A DNA stretch of 64,000 nt from an uncultured Demequinaceae bacterium (GCA_964517615.1 CAZFEH010000001.1:21961-85960); one strand, 5' to 3'. Shown: positions 1 to 10,645, counted from the stretch's first letter. The notes: generated from the sequence alone by a model not told the origin. Numbers and translations are program-made.

Positions 1-1139
1 GGCATCTGCTTGAAGGTGGAGGCATTGCCCACCCCGGCAAAGAAGAACACCGCGAGCATGCTGAACAAGAAGAGCGGGAACTGCTCGGGCGAGCTGGGGT
101 TGAACTGCATCGCGGTCACCACGCAGGCGGCGGCGATGCCCACACACGACACCACGGTGACGATGCCTCCGCCCAGGCGGTCCGCCACCGGCCCGGCCAC
201 GATGCGCGCCACCGAGCCCACCAGCGCACCCAGGAAGGCAAAACTCAGTCCATAGATTCCCGCCTCGCCAAACCTGTCCGGACCAAAGGTGCCCCGGATC
301 AGCAGCGCGAATACGGCGGCGAAGCCGGAGAAGGTGCCAAAGGTGATGACGTACAGCACCGTCATGATCCACGTGTGCTTGTTGCGAAAGATGTCGAACT
401 GGTCAGAGACCTTGGCGGCTTTGACAGGCACCGAGCGCAGCACCAGGCAGGACAGCATGACGCCGATCACCACGAAGGGCACCCAGAACCAGCCGGCGTT
501 CTGGTACCAGACCTCGGCGTGCCCCTCGGCACCCTCCACCCTGATGAGCTGCGGCAGGCCAAACAGGAAGCCGCCAAACACGAAGACCGTCACGAGCCAC
601 GGCGTGAACAACTGCACAATCGAGACACCGAAATTGCCGATGCCTGCCTGCAGCCCCAGCGCGGTGCCCTGCTTGGAGCGCGGGAAGAAGTATGAAGTGG
701 AGGGCATGAAGCCGGAGAACGCTCCGCCGCCGATGCCCGCGAGCAGTGCCAAGATCACGAGCACCCAGTACGGGGTGGTGGGGTCCTGAATGGCGAGTGC
801 CCAGCCCACGAAGGGCAGGAGCAGCAACCCCGTGGTGTAGGTCACGAGCTTGCGCGTGCCGAGGATGGGCGGCAGGAAGGTCCACACGATACGCAGGATG
901 CCGCCAGATAGGCCAGGCAGTGCGGTGAGCCAGTACAACTGGCCCTTGGTGAGTTCGAATCCCAGGTCCGCCATGACGGGGGCGAGTGCGCTCACCAGGA
1001 ACCACGCGATGAAGCACAGGGTCAGCGCGAACGTGGTGACCGCGAGCGTGCGCCAGGCCAGCTTGGGGTCCCAGGCGTTTTCGGGGTCCCATTCGTCGAG
1101 CCATTCCTGGCCCTTGAGGGCTTCCAGCACTTTCCTCAT
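1..1139 (-). CDS. narK: NarK-family nitrate/nitrite MFS transporter (runs off window edge)
   Basis: Not in ORF track. Hand-translated from ATG at 1139: MRKVLEALKGQEWLDEWDPENAWDPKLAWRTL...GIGGGAFSGFMPSTSYFFPRSKQGTALGLQAGIGNFG...FFFAGVGNASTFKQMP, with nitrate-signature motifs; next to nar operon. Confidence 0.88.
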   Translation of the reverse strand, partial: MRKVLEALKGQEWLDEWDPENAWDPKLAWRTLAVTTFALTLCFIAWFLVSALAPVMADLGFELTKGQLYWLTALPGLSGGILRIVWTFLPPILGTRKLVTYTTGLLLLPFVGWALAIQDPTTPYWVLVILALLAGIGGGAFSGFMPSTSYFFPRSKQGTALGLQAGIGNFGVSIVQLFTPWLVTVFVFGGFLFGLPQLIRVEGAEGHAEVWYQNAGWFWVPFVVIGVMLSCLVLRSVPVKAAKVSDQFDIFRNKHTWIMTVLYVITFGTFSGFAAVFALLIRGTFGPDRFGEAGIYGLSFAFLGALVGSVARIVAGPVADRLGGGIVTVVSCVGIAAACVVTAMQFNPSSPEQFPLFLFSMLAVFFFAGVGNASTFKQM

Positions 1140-1140
1140 G

Positions 1141-2502
1141 TCATGCCTCCTTCTGGCGGGACGGACCAGGTGCGACGGCGTCGCGTTCGAACTTGTCCGC
1201 GAGCTCCGGGCTCGCGGCATGCAGCAGCTTCACCACGGTCAGGTGCATCCACACGGCAGCCGCGATGGTCACCACGAACAGCACCCCGAACGTGGCCTGA
1301 GGCAGGCCCACCCATGCGGTGGTCGCGGCGAACAGCGGCGGGAGCAGGAACCCGCCCAGCGCCCCCAGGCATCCGACGAGGCCGCCCACGGCGCCCACAT
1401 CCTGCGGGAAGTACTCGGGGATGTGCTTGTAGACGGCGGCCTTGCCCACTCCCATCGCCACGCCGATGAGCACCACGAGCACGGTGAACGACACGAGCCC
1501 CACGTTCCACGGCAGGATCTCGCTGGTCGAGCCATCGGGCCGGGCGATGACGATGTGGCCGTACGGCATCATCAGCACGCCACTGGCCCCGGCCATGAGC
1601 GCGAAGGTGCCGTACATGACGCGGCGCGCACCGAAGCGATCCGAGAACCACCCGCCGAGCGGCCGCAGCAGCGAGGCAGGGAAGATGAACAATGCGGTGA
1701 GAAGCGCGGCCTCGCGCAGGCCCAGCCCATAGACGTCGACGTAGTACTTGGGAAGCCACGACGACAGGGCCACGTAGGCGCCGAACACCACCACGTAGTA
1801 GAGGCTGAAGCGCCACACCCTCACCTGGCGCAGGGGCTTCAGCTGGGTGCGCAGCGTGCGGCCGCTGCCGGGCTTGCGCTCGGGTGCGGGTGAGAGGAAC
1901 CAGGTCGTCACCGCCATGGCGACCAGCAGAACCCCATAGAAGAACGGCACCGAACGCCAGCCGCCGGGGACCAGCCCTCCCAGGAGGCCCGCCACGGGCA
2001 CGGCGGTGATCATGGCCGGTCCGATGAGCTTGGTCACCGAGGCACCCACGTTGCCGGCACCGAACACGCCGAGCGCGAGGCCCTGCCGCTCGCGGGGCCA
2101 CCAGGCGCTCACCCAGGCGGCACCGGAGGCGAAGGCATTGCCCGCGAAGCCAACGAGGAAGGCATAGATCAGCAACTGGGTATAGGTGGTGGAGGCGGCG
2201 TCCGTGGTGTAGGCCAGCAGGAAGACGGGGATGGCGGTGAACGCCAGCATCGCGGTGGACACGACGCGTCCACCCCATCGGTCCGCCACCAGCCCGGCGG
2301 GCAACCTCCACAGCGCGCCGTTGAGGATGGCCACGGAGGTGAGCCATGCGAACTGCGAGTCGGTGAGGCCGAACTCGTCGCGGATGGCTACGCCGAGCAC
2401 ACCGAACATGAGCCATACCGCGAACATGAGCGTGAAGCCCGCGCTGGAGATGACGAGCACCCGCACCGCTCCGCGCGGCACCTCTCGGTCCGGGACGACC
2501 AT
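1141..2502 (-). CDS. narK: NarK/NasA-family nitrate transporter (MFS)
   Basis: FAVWLMFGVLG, GFAGNAF, GLALGVFGAGNVG and GVGKAAVYKHIP motifs; about 12 TM helices; RBS GAAGGAG before ATG 2502. Confidence 0.9.
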   Translation of the reverse strand: MVVPDREVPRGAVRVLVISSAGFTLMFAVWLMFGVLGVAIRDEFGLTDSQFAWLTSVAILNGALWRLPAGLVADRWGGRVVSTAMLAFTAIPVFLLAYTTDAASTTYTQLLIYAFLVGFAGNAFASGAAWVSAWWPRERQGLALGVFGAGNVGASVTKLIGPAMITAVPVAGLLGGLVPGGWRSVPFFYGVLLVAMAVTTWFLSPAPERKPGSGRTLRTQLKPLRQVRVWRFSLYYVVVFGAYVALSSWLPKYYVDVYGLGLREAALLTALFIFPASLLRPLGGWFSDRFGARRVMYGTFALMAGASGVLMMPYGHIVIARPDGSTSEILPWNVGLVSFTVLVVLIGVAMGVGKAAVYKHIPEYFPQDVGAVGGLVGCLGALGGFLLPPLFAATTAWVGLPQATFGVLFVVTIAAAVWMHLTVVKLLHAASPELADKFERDAVAPGPSRQKEA

Positions 2503-2609
2503 GTCTGCTCCTTCAGCGCTCAGGCGGACAACGCACACCCTACAAGATTTTTCACAGTAGTCAATATTTCTCGTGTTTATCAACAGATGGGGAGAAACAT
2601 GGTAGAAAG

Positions 2610-3461
2610 ATGGACATGGCACCGGCCAACGACGACCTCGAGCACGCGCTGCGGCGCGTGGTGTCGCTGGGCACGCACGAGGAGCCCCACCGCAACGTGC
2701 TGGTCGGATCTCGCCGCACCATCGTCGACTTCCTGTGCGCGAGCAGCGAGCCGCAAACCGTCGAGGCCATTGCCGAGACCACCCAACTGCACGTCAACAC
2801 CACCCGCCACCACCTGGACGTGCTGGTGGCTGCCGACTTTGTGGATCGCGTCACCCAGCGGCCCACTGGCCGCGGCCGACCGCGCGTGCTCTACGCCCCC
2901 TCGGCGATGATCACCGCCCCCTACGCCAACCTTGAGGCGCATCTGCGCACCGCGCTCGCCGGCGCCGATGCCGACGAGGTGGCGATCGAGACGGCCCGCT
3001 CCTGGGCCGAGCACGCCCCCGCCCCCCGCTCCGCCGACGATCCCGACCAGGCCGTCTCCTACGCCGTCGAGGCGCTCAACGCCGTGGGCTTCCAGGCCCA
3101 TTCGGACGAAGTGGGCGACACCATCACCATGACGTCGTGCCCCTACGCCACCCTGATCACAGACCACCCCGCCATCTGCACCATCCACGCAGAACTCATG
3201 AACACCTTGCTCCGCGACACGGGTCAGCCCGTGACGTTGGACAAGTTCGAAGTACACGTACGGCCAGGAGTATGCCGTGCCTGGCTCACCCGAGCCGATG
3301 TCGCGCCCGAGTTCATCGCCACCCCCCTCACTGTCCCGGTTTCCGAGGAGGCACACCATGACCACCAGCCCGAACCCCCCGGCAATCCCGGCGGCGGAAG
3401 CGGCCAAGAACCCGCTCGTGCGGGCGGGCCGATTCTTTCACCCGGGTCAGGTCTCACCTGA
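2610..3461 (+). CDS. Winged-HTH transcriptional regulator with three C-terminal Cys (ArnR/SufR-like)
   Basis: HTH TVEAIAETTQLHVNTTRHHLDVL...GRGRPRVLY; C-terminal SCPY...ICTIH...GVC; directly upstream of narG. Confidence 0.75.
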   Translation: MDMAPANDDLEHALRRVVSLGTHEEPHRNVLVGSRRTIVDFLCASSEPQTVEAIAETTQLHVNTTRHHLDVLVAADFVDRVTQRPTGRGRPRVLYAPSAMITAPYANLEAHLRTALAGADADEVAIETARSWAEHAPAPRSADDPDQAVSYAVEALNAVGFQAHSDEVGDTITMTSCPYATLITDHPAICTIHAELMNTLLRDTGQPVTLDKFEVHVRPGVCRAWLTRADVAPEFIATPLTVPVSEEAHHDHQPEPPGNPGGGSGQEPARAGGPILSPGSGLT

Positions 3462-6400
3462 CGAGCGCACGGTCACCCTGGAGGGTGGCCGTGGCGCCGA
3501 CGTCTTCTACCGCGACCGCTGGAGCCACGACCGCATCGTCCGCTCCACCCACGGGGTGAACTGCACGGGCTCGTGCTCGTGGAAGGTGTACGTCAAGGAC
3601 GGCGTCATCACGTGGGAGACCCAACAGACGGACTACCCCACCACGGGCCCGGACAGCCCCGAATACGAGCCCCGCGGCTGCCCGCGCGGTGCGGCCTTCT
3701 CCTGGTACACCTACTCGCCCACGCGTGTGAAGTACCCCTATATCCGCGGCGTGCTGCTGGAGGCCTACCGGGCGGCTAAGCGTGAGCACCCCGACCCGGT
3801 GGACGCGTGGCGCGCGGTGGTGACCAATCCCGAGACCCGTCGCGCCTACCAGCAGGCGCGCGGCAAAGGCGGCCTGGTGCGCGCCTCGTGGGCGGAAGCC
3901 CGCGAGATCGTGGCGGCCGCCCACGTCCACACCGTCAAGGAGCACGGCCCCGACCGCATCTTCGGCTTCTCCCCCATCCCCGCCATGTCCATGGCCTCCC
4001 ACGGCGCCGGCGCCCGCTTCGTGTCCATGATGGGCGGCTCGATGCTGTCCTTCTACGACTGGTACTGCGACCTGCCCGTCGCCTCGCCGCAGGTCTTCGG
4101 CGACCAGACCGACGTGCCCGAATCCGCCGACTGGTTCAACGCCGCCTACCTCATCATGTGGGGCGCCAACGTGCCCGTCACACGTACCCCCGATGCGCAT
4201 TTCATGGCCGAGGCGCGCTACCGGGGCCAGAAGGTGGTCACCGTCTCCCCCGACTACGCGGACAACACCAAGTTCGCCGACGAATGGCTCAACCCCCATC
4301 CCGGCACCGACGGCGCGCTCGCGATGGCCATGGGCCATGTGGTGCTCAAGGAGTTCTTCGTCGAGCGCCAGGTGCCGCGCTTTGTCGACTACGTGAAGCG
4401 CTTCTCTGACCTGCCATTCCTCGTGACCCTCGAACCCCGGGATGGCTCCTACGTGCCCGGAAAGTTCGTCACCGCCGCCGATCTGGGAGACACCAGCGAG
4501 AACGCCGCCTTCAAGACGGTGCTCATCGACTCTGCCACAGGCCGCCCCACGGTGCCCAACGGCTCGCTCGGCTTCCGCTTCGGCCAAGAGGGCGAAGGCA
4601 AGTGGAACCTCGACCTGGAGGGCGTCGATCCCGCGCTGAGCCTGTATGGCGCGGCGGGCACCTCCCAGGCCCCGCTGCTCATGCCGCGTTTCGATGTGGG
4701 CCAGGAGCAGGATGAGCGCGGCGGTGTGCTGGAGCGCGGCGTGCCCGTCGCCACCCTCACCACTGCGGACGGCGAGCGCCTGGTCACCACCGTCTTCGAC
4801 CTCATGCTCGCCCAGTACGGCGTGAGCCGCGAGGGGCTGCCTGGCCAGTGGCCCACCGGCTACGACGACCCGAGCCCCTACACCCCCGCCTGGCAGGAGA
4901 CCATCACGGGCGTCTCCGCCGAGCAGGCCGCACGCATCGGCCGGGAGTTCGCGCAAAACGCCGAGGACTCCGGCGGTCGTTCCATGATCATCCTGGGTGC
5001 CGGCACCAACCACTACTTCCACTCCGACACGATCTACCGCACCTTCCTGGCACTCATCACCCTGACCGGATGCCAGGGCGTGAACGGTGGCGGCTGGGCG
5101 CATTACGTGGGCCAGGAGAAATGCCGCCCGGTCACGGGCTGGGCGCAGTTCGCCTTCGGTCTCGACTGGGTGCGTCCGCCGCGCCAGATGATCGGGACGG
5201 GCTTCTTCTACACCCAGACCGACCAATGGCGCTACGACGGCATGGTGCCAGAGGACATCTCCTCACCCTTGGGTGCGGGGCGCTTCGCAGGAATGACATC
5301 CATCGACGTGATGGCACAGTCCGCTCGATCCGGCTGGATGCCGTCCTACCCGCAGTTCAACCGCTCCTCGACCGCGCTCGGAGCCGAGGCTGCCGCATCG
5401 GGCAAGGATGCGGGCGAGTTCATGAAGCAGAAGCTGACCTCGGGCGAGGTGGACTTCGCCATCGATGACCCCGACGCGGAGGAGAACTGGCCCCGCGTGC
5501 TCACAGTGTGGCGCGCCAACCTGCTCGGATCGTCCGCCAAGGGCAACGAGTTCTTCTTGCGGCATCTGCTGGGGACGCACTCGGCGGCCACGGCGGAACA
5601 GTCCGCTCCTCACGCGCGCCCCCAGGATGTGGTGTGGCGCGAGGAGGCCCCCGAGGGCAAGTTGGACCTGCTCGTCTCGCTCGACTACCGCATGACCTCC
5701 ACCGGGCTGTTCTCGGACGTGCTGCTGCCCGCCGCCACGTGGTACGAGAAGCACGACATCTCCTCGACCGACATGCACCCCTTCGTCCACGCCTTCACCC
5801 CGGCCATCAACCCGCCGTGGGAGACCAAGTCGGACTACGACTACTTCCGCGAACTGGCCGAGAAGGTCTCGGAACTGGCGGCCGGTCACGTCGAGAAGGT
5901 CACGGACCTGGTCTCTGTGCCGCTGCTGCACGACACTCCCGATGCGATGGCCGTCCCCGGCGGCACGGTCAGGGACTGGAAGAAGGGCGAGGTCGAGTTC
6001 ATTCCAGGCAAGACCGCGCCCAAGTTCGTGCTGGTGGAGCGGGACTACACCAAGATCGGTGCCCAGTGGTCGGCGCTGGGCCCGCTTATGGAGAAGCTGG
6101 GAACCTCCACCAAGGGAGTACCCGTCAACGTGGAGGCCGAGGTGAAGCGCCTGGCCCAGGTCAACGGCGTCATCGCCGATGGCCCCGCCGCGGGGCGCCC
6201 CTCGCTCGTCACGGCGATTCACGCCTGCGAGACGATCCTCGCCTTGGCTGGCACCACCAACGGACGCGTGGCGGTGGAGGGCTTCCGGGCACTGGAGAAG
6301 CGCACAGGCCAAAAGATGGCACATCTCGCACTGGACAACGAGGGCAAACTCATCACCTACCCCGACACCCAGGCCAGGCCGGTTCCCGTGATCACCTCGC

Positions 6401-7068
6401 CCGAATGGTCGGGCTCAGAACACGGCGGGCGCCGCTACACGGCCTTCTCCATCAACGTCGAGCATCTCAAGCCCTGGCACACCCTCACCGGCCGCCAGCA
6501 CTTCTTCCTGGATCACGACTGGATGGCGGAGATGGGAGAGCACCTGCCCACCTTCCGTCCCACGGTCAACATGAACCGCCTCTACGGCGACCAGGAACGC
6601 GGCGGGGCGAAGGAGGTCACGGTGCGCTACCTCACCCCCCACTCCAAGTGGTCCATTCACTCCAACTACCAGGACAATCAATACATGCTGTCGCTCTCGC
6701 GCGGCGGGCCGGACCTATGGATGAGCGTCGAAGACGCGGCCGCCATCGGCGTCAAGGACAACGAGTGGGTCGAAGCGTACAACCGCAACGGCGTGGTCGT
6801 GGCGCGCGCCGTGGTGAGCCACCGCATGCCCGCCGGGACGGTGTACATGTACCACGCGAAGGACCGCGTGGTGGACGTGCCCATCGCAGAGTCCTCGGGC
6901 CAGCGCGGCGGCATCCACAACTCGCTCACGCGCATCATGCTCAAACCCACCCACCTGGTGGGCGGGTACGGGCAGTTGTCCTTCGCCTTCAACTACCTGG
7001 GCCCCACCGGAAACCAACGAGACGAAGTCACGGTGATCCGCCGTCGCTCGCAGGAGGTGACGTACTGA
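3358..7068 (+). CDS. narG: Respiratory nitrate reductase alpha subunit
   Basis: RSTHGVNCTGSCSWKVYVKDG, EPRGCPRGA, C-terminal GPTGNQRDE; RBS GAGGAGG before ATG 3358. Confidence 0.97.
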   Translation: MTTSPNPPAIPAAEAAKNPLVRAGRFFHPGQVSPDERTVTLEGGRGADVFYRDRWSHDRIVRSTHGVNCTGSCSWKVYVKDGVITWETQQTDYPTTGPDSPEYEPRGCPRGAAFSWYTYSPTRVKYPYIRGVLLEAYRAAKREHPDPVDAWRAVVTNPETRRAYQQARGKGGLVRASWAEAREIVAAAHVHTVKEHGPDRIFGFSPIPAMSMASHGAGARFVSMMGGSMLSFYDWYCDLPVASPQVFGDQTDVPESADWFNAAYLIMWGANVPVTRTPDAHFMAEARYRGQKVVTVSPDYADNTKFADEWLNPHPGTDGALAMAMGHVVLKEFFVERQVPRFVDYVKRFSDLPFLVTLEPRDGSYVPGKFVTAADLGDTSENAAFKTVLIDSATGRPTVPNGSLGFRFGQEGEGKWNLDLEGVDPALSLYGAAGTSQAPLLMPRFDVGQEQDERGGVLERGVPVATLTTADGERLVTTVFDLMLAQYGVSREGLPGQWPTGYDDPSPYTPAWQETITGVSAEQAARIGREFAQNAEDSGGRSMIILGAGTNHYFHSDTIYRTFLALITLTGCQGVNGGGWAHYVGQEKCRPVTGWAQFAFGLDWVRPPRQMIGTGFFYTQTDQWRYDGMVPEDISSPLGAGRFAGMTSIDVMAQSARSGWMPSYPQFNRSSTALGAEAAASGKDAGEFMKQKLTSGEVDFAIDDPDAEENWPRVLTVWRANLLGSSAKGNEFFLRHLLGTHSAATAEQSAPHARPQDVVWREEAPEGKLDLLVSLDYRMTSTGLFSDVLLPAATWYEKHDISSTDMHPFVHAFTPAINPPWETKSDYDYFRELAEKVSELAAGHVEKVTDLVSVPLLHDTPDAMAVPGGTVRDWKKGEVEFIPGKTAPKFVLVERDYTKIGAQWSALGPLMEKLGTSTKGVPVNVEAEVKRLAQVNGVIADGPAAGRPSLVTAIHACETILALAGTTNGRVAVEGFRALEKRTGQKMAHLALDNEGKLITYPDTQARPVPVITSPEWSGSEHGGRRYTAFSINVEHLKPWHTLTGRQHFFLDHDWMAEMGEHLPTFRPTVNMNRLYGDQERGGAKEVTVRYLTPHSKWSIHSNYQDNQYMLSLSRGGPDLWMSVEDAAAIGVKDNEWVEAYNRNGVVVARAVVSHRMPAGTVYMYHAKDRVVDVPIAESSGQRGGIHNSLTRIMLKPTHLVGGYGQLSFAFNYLGPTGNQRDEVTVIRRRSQEVTY

Positions 7069-8714
7069 TGAAGGTCATGGCTCAAGTCGGCATGGTGATG
7101 AACCTCGACAAGTGCATCGGCTGCCACACCTGCTCGGTGACCTGCAAGCAGGCGTGGACCAACCGTGACGGCGTGGAGTACGCCTGGTTCAACAACGTGG
7201 AGACACGTCCAGGCCTGGGATATCCCCGCACCTACCAGGACCAAGACAAGTGGCAGGGTGGCTGGGAGCTGACCAAGCGCGGCAGGCTGAAACTGCGCCA
7301 GGGCGGCCGCCTCAAGCGTCTGGCAACCATCTTCTCGAATCCACGCCTGCCCGGTGTGCAGGACTACTACGAGCCCTGGACCTACGACTACGACACCTTG
7401 CTCAACGCGCCTCAGGGGCGCACCTCGCCCGTGGCGCGCCCTGAGTCTGCCATCACCGGCAAGCCCATGAAGATCACCTGGTCCGCCAACTGGGACGACA
7501 ACCTCGCGGGCGCCCCCGAGACCGCCCCCGAGGACCCGGTCATCAAGCGCATCCAGTCCCAGGTGAGCGACCGCGTGCGCTTTGAGTACGAGCAGGCGTT
7601 CATGTTCTACCTGCCGCGCATCTGCGAGCACTGCCTCAACCCTGCCTGCGTGGCTTCATGTCCCTCCGGCGCGATGTACAAGCGAGCAGAGGACGGCATC
7701 GTGCTCGTGGACCAGGACGCCTGCCGCGGCTGGCGGATGTGCGTCACGGGCTGTCCCTACAAGAAGGTGTTCTTCAACCACGCCACCGGCAAGGCCGAGA
7801 AGTGCACGATGTGCTACCCCCGCATCGAGGCGGGTCTGCCCACCGTATGCTCGGAGACCTGCGTGGGACGCCTGCGCTACCTGGGGCTCTTCCTGTACGA
7901 CGCCGACAAGGTCACGGCCGCGGCGGCCACCCCGGATCCCCGGGACCTCTACGAAGCCCAGTTGGACCTCATCCTGGACCCCACAGACCCAGAGGTGCAG
8001 GCCGCGGCGCGGCGCGACGGGATTCCTGCGGACTGGATCAAGGCGGCGGAGCGCTCGCCGGTCTACCACCTGGCCAAGACCTACCGGGTGGCGCTGCCGC
8101 TGCACCCCGAGTACCGCACCATGCCGATGGTCTGGTACATCCCGCCGCTGTCCCCGGTCTCCGAGGCGCTGCGCGACACGGGCCACGACGGCGAGGACGC
8201 GGACAGCCTCTTCGGCGCGCTGCGGAGCCTGCGCATCCCCATCGAGTACCTCGCGGAGCTGTTCACCGCGGGCGACACCGGCCCGGTGCTGCGCTCGCTC
8301 GACACTCTGGCCGCGATGCGCTCCTACATGCGCGACCACAACCTGGGAAACCCGGTGCGCCCCGAGATCCCCGCAGCCGTGGGCCTCGACGAGCAGACCA
8401 TGCTCGAGCTCTACCGGCTGCTCGCCGTGGCCAAGTACGAAGACCGCTACGTCATCCCGGCAGCCCATGCCGAGGTCGCGCGCGAACTCGAGGATCTCAC
8501 CTGCTCGCTCGACTCGGTGGGCGGCCCGGGGGGCAACGGCCCCACCCACGCGCCCCACACCATCGCGAACGACTCCTTCCACGTCCTCAAGGGCGTGGAG
8601 GAGCAGCGCCGGGCCTCGCTCGTGACGTCCGATGCGGTGAACCTGCCGCACTGGGACGGCAAGGGCGTCGCGCTCGGCATGCCACCCATCCGCGTGCGCC
8701 AGGACGGAGAGTAG
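7068..8714 (+). CDS. narH: Respiratory nitrate reductase beta subunit
   Basis: MKVMAQVGMVMNLDKCIGCHTCSVTCK, CEHCLNPACVASCP, CRGWRMCVTGCPY Fe-S motifs; TGATG overlap with narG. Confidence 0.97.
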   Translation: MKVMAQVGMVMNLDKCIGCHTCSVTCKQAWTNRDGVEYAWFNNVETRPGLGYPRTYQDQDKWQGGWELTKRGRLKLRQGGRLKRLATIFSNPRLPGVQDYYEPWTYDYDTLLNAPQGRTSPVARPESAITGKPMKITWSANWDDNLAGAPETAPEDPVIKRIQSQVSDRVRFEYEQAFMFYLPRICEHCLNPACVASCPSGAMYKRAEDGIVLVDQDACRGWRMCVTGCPYKKVFFNHATGKAEKCTMCYPRIEAGLPTVCSETCVGRLRYLGLFLYDADKVTAAAATPDPRDLYEAQLDLILDPTDPEVQAAARRDGIPADWIKAAERSPVYHLAKTYRVALPLHPEYRTMPMVWYIPPLSPVSEALRDTGHDGEDADSLFGALRSLRIPIEYLAELFTAGDTGPVLRSLDTLAAMRSYMRDHNLGNPVRPEIPAAVGLDEQTMLELYRLLAVAKYEDRYVIPAAHAEVARELEDLTCSLDSVGGPGGNGPTHAPHTIANDSFHVLKGVEEQRRASLVTSDAVNLPHWDGKGVALGMPPIRVRQDGE

Positions 8715-8716
8715 CG

Positions 8717-9361
8717 ATGGAGGACACCACCGCCTCGCAGCATGTGGCCGACGCCTACTTGGCGGCATCCTGGCTCCTGTGGTACCCCGACCAGCAACTC
8801 GAGGGCCGGCTCGATGATCTCAAGGCGCTCGTGGCTGGCCTCCCGCCCGCCACTGGGGATCCACTGCGCTCGTTTCTGGCGTGGCTCGACGAGGTGGGCT
8901 TCGAGGCTGCTCAGCAGCACTACGTGGACACCTTTGACATGCGCCGCCGCACGGCGCTGTATCTGAGTTTCTGGACGGACGGCGACACCCGCAATCGCGG
9001 CTATGCCATCCTGCGCTTCAAGCAGGCCTACCTGGCCTCGGGCATGGAGATGGGCGACGAGGAGCTTCCCGACCACCTTGCCGTGCTGCTGGAGTTCGCC
9101 GCCCTGGGAAACCGCCTGAGCGGCGACGCGCTGCTGGTGGAGAACCGGGTGGGCATCGGCCTGATGCGCGAGGCCCTCGCCAAGCTCGACTCCCCCTACG
9201 CCCACGTGATGGGCGCGGTGATTGCCACCCTGCCCGCCATGACCGACGAGATCGCGCAGCGCATGGCCGATCTCGCCCGCTCCGGTCCCCCCACGGAGAC
9301 CGTGGGCCTGGACCCCTTCCCCACCGCGCTCAATCTGGAGACCCTGGGAGGCCGCCGATGA
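8717..9361 (+). CDS. narJ: Nitrate reductase molybdenum cofactor assembly chaperone
   Basis: LLWYPD, YVDTFD, GDTRNRG, ELPDHLAVLLEF motifs; lies between narH and narI. Confidence 0.93.
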   Translation: MEDTTASQHVADAYLAASWLLWYPDQQLEGRLDDLKALVAGLPPATGDPLRSFLAWLDEVGFEAAQQHYVDTFDMRRRTALYLSFWTDGDTRNRGYAILRFKQAYLASGMEMGDEELPDHLAVLLEFAALGNRLSGDALLVENRVGIGLMREALAKLDSPYAHVMGAVIATLPAMTDEIAQRMADLARSGPPTETVGLDPFPTALNLETLGGRR

Positions 9362-10134
9362 TCCCCCTGCACCTCGCCGCAACCACCGCGGACCTGCCCA
9401 CGACATCGTTGCTGCTGTGGATCGCCCTGCCGTACGTCTGCCTCGCGGTGCTCATCGTGGGGCTCGTCTGGCGCTACCGCTTCGACAAGTTCGGCTGGTC
9501 CACGCGTTCCAGCCAGATGTACGAATCTCGGCTCATGCGCATCGCCTCTCCCCTGTTCCACTACGGGATCATCGCGGTGTTCTTCGGACACCTCCTGGGG
9601 CTCCTGGTGCCCAAGGCCCTGACCGATGCGCTCGGCATTGACGAGCATCTCTATCACACGCTCACCATGCCGCTCAGTCTGGTGGCCGGTTCGGCGACCC
9701 TCGTCGGCTTCATCGCCCTGGTCTACCGCCGCCGCTCCAGCGCCCTGGTGTTCCAGCGCACCACCCCGAACGACAAGGTCATGTTCGTCTTCCTGGGTGG
9801 CGCTATCCTCCTGGGCGTGGCCGCGTCGTGGTTCGCCTCGGGCATCTTCGGCGAAGGTCACAACTATCGGGAGGACGTCTCGGTGTGGCTGCGCTCCGTG
9901 CTGATCTTCCAGCCCGCACCCGAGTACATGGCCCAGGCTCCGCTGATCTTCCAGCTGCATGTGGTCGCGGGCTTCGCCCTCCTTGCCGCCTGGCCGTTCA
10001 CGCGGCTCGTGCATGCGCTGTCGGTGCCTCTGCAGTACATGGCCCGGCCCTTCATCGTCTACCGCACGCGCGATCACTACACGACGGGCAGCCGCGCGCC
10101 GCGCCGGGGCTGGGAACCCACCCGGCGAGACTAG
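9358..10134 (+). CDS. narI: Nitrate reductase gamma subunit (cytochrome b)
   Basis: WRYRFDKFGWSTRSSQMYE, LFHYGI...GH, WPFTRLVH. Confidence 0.95.
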   Translation: MIPLHLAATTADLPTTSLLLWIALPYVCLAVLIVGLVWRYRFDKFGWSTRSSQMYESRLMRIASPLFHYGIIAVFFGHLLGLLVPKALTDALGIDEHLYHTLTMPLSLVAGSATLVGFIALVYRRRSSALVFQRTTPNDKVMFVFLGGAILLGVAASWFASGIFGEGHNYREDVSVWLRSVLIFQPAPEYMAQAPLIFQLHVVAGFALLAAWPFTRLVHALSVPLQYMARPFIVYRTRDHYTTGSRAPRRGWEPTRRD

Positions 10135-10138
10135 TCCC

Positions 10139-10645
10139 ATGGCTCCATCACCTCTGCTGGAGGGCATCAAGGTCACGGTGCTCACCGTCTCCGATCGCTC
10201 CTTCGTCGGCGAGCGCCCGGACGCCACCGGGCCGTTGCTCACGGAGGCTCTGCGGGCCCAGGGCGCCGAGATCGCGGCGGTCACCGTGCCCGACGATGCC
10301 GCCGCCATCACTACGGCCATCGACGATGCCGTGGCCGGCTGGGGCGCCCGGGTGGTGGTCACCACGGGTGGGACGGGCATCGGCCCCCGCGACGTGACAC
10401 CGGAGGCGACCGCGCCGCTCCTGGCGCGCGACCTCCCGGGCATCCCAGAACTGCTGCGGATGCGCGACGCCCACCGCACGCCGCTCGTGGCGCTCTCGCG
10501 CGGCCTGGCCGGGGTCACGCGGCATGCGCGGCCCGCAGTGGTGGTGAACCTGCCGGGTTCACCCAGCGCGGTCGAGTCGGCCCTGGAGGTGCTGCCCACG
10601 GTGCTGGCGCATGCGCTCACCCAACTGGACGGGGGCGACCACTGA
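10139..10645 (+). CDS. mog: MogA/MoaB molybdopterin adenylyltransferase
   Basis: TVSDR, TTGGTGIGPRDVTPEAT, NLPGSP. Confidence 0.9.
   Translation: MAPSPLLEGIKVTVLTVSDRSFVGERPDATGPLLTEALRAQGAEIAAVTVPDDAAAITTAIDDAVAGWGARVVVTTGGTGIGPRDVTPEATAPLLARDLPGIPELLRMRDAHRTPLVALSRGLAGVTRHARPAVVVNLPGSPSAVESALEVLPTVLAHALTQLDGGDH

Noticed and set aside
2541-2556. CRP/FNR (GlxR)-type site between narK and the regulator
   Set aside because: Only the TCACA half-site matches; too weak to call.
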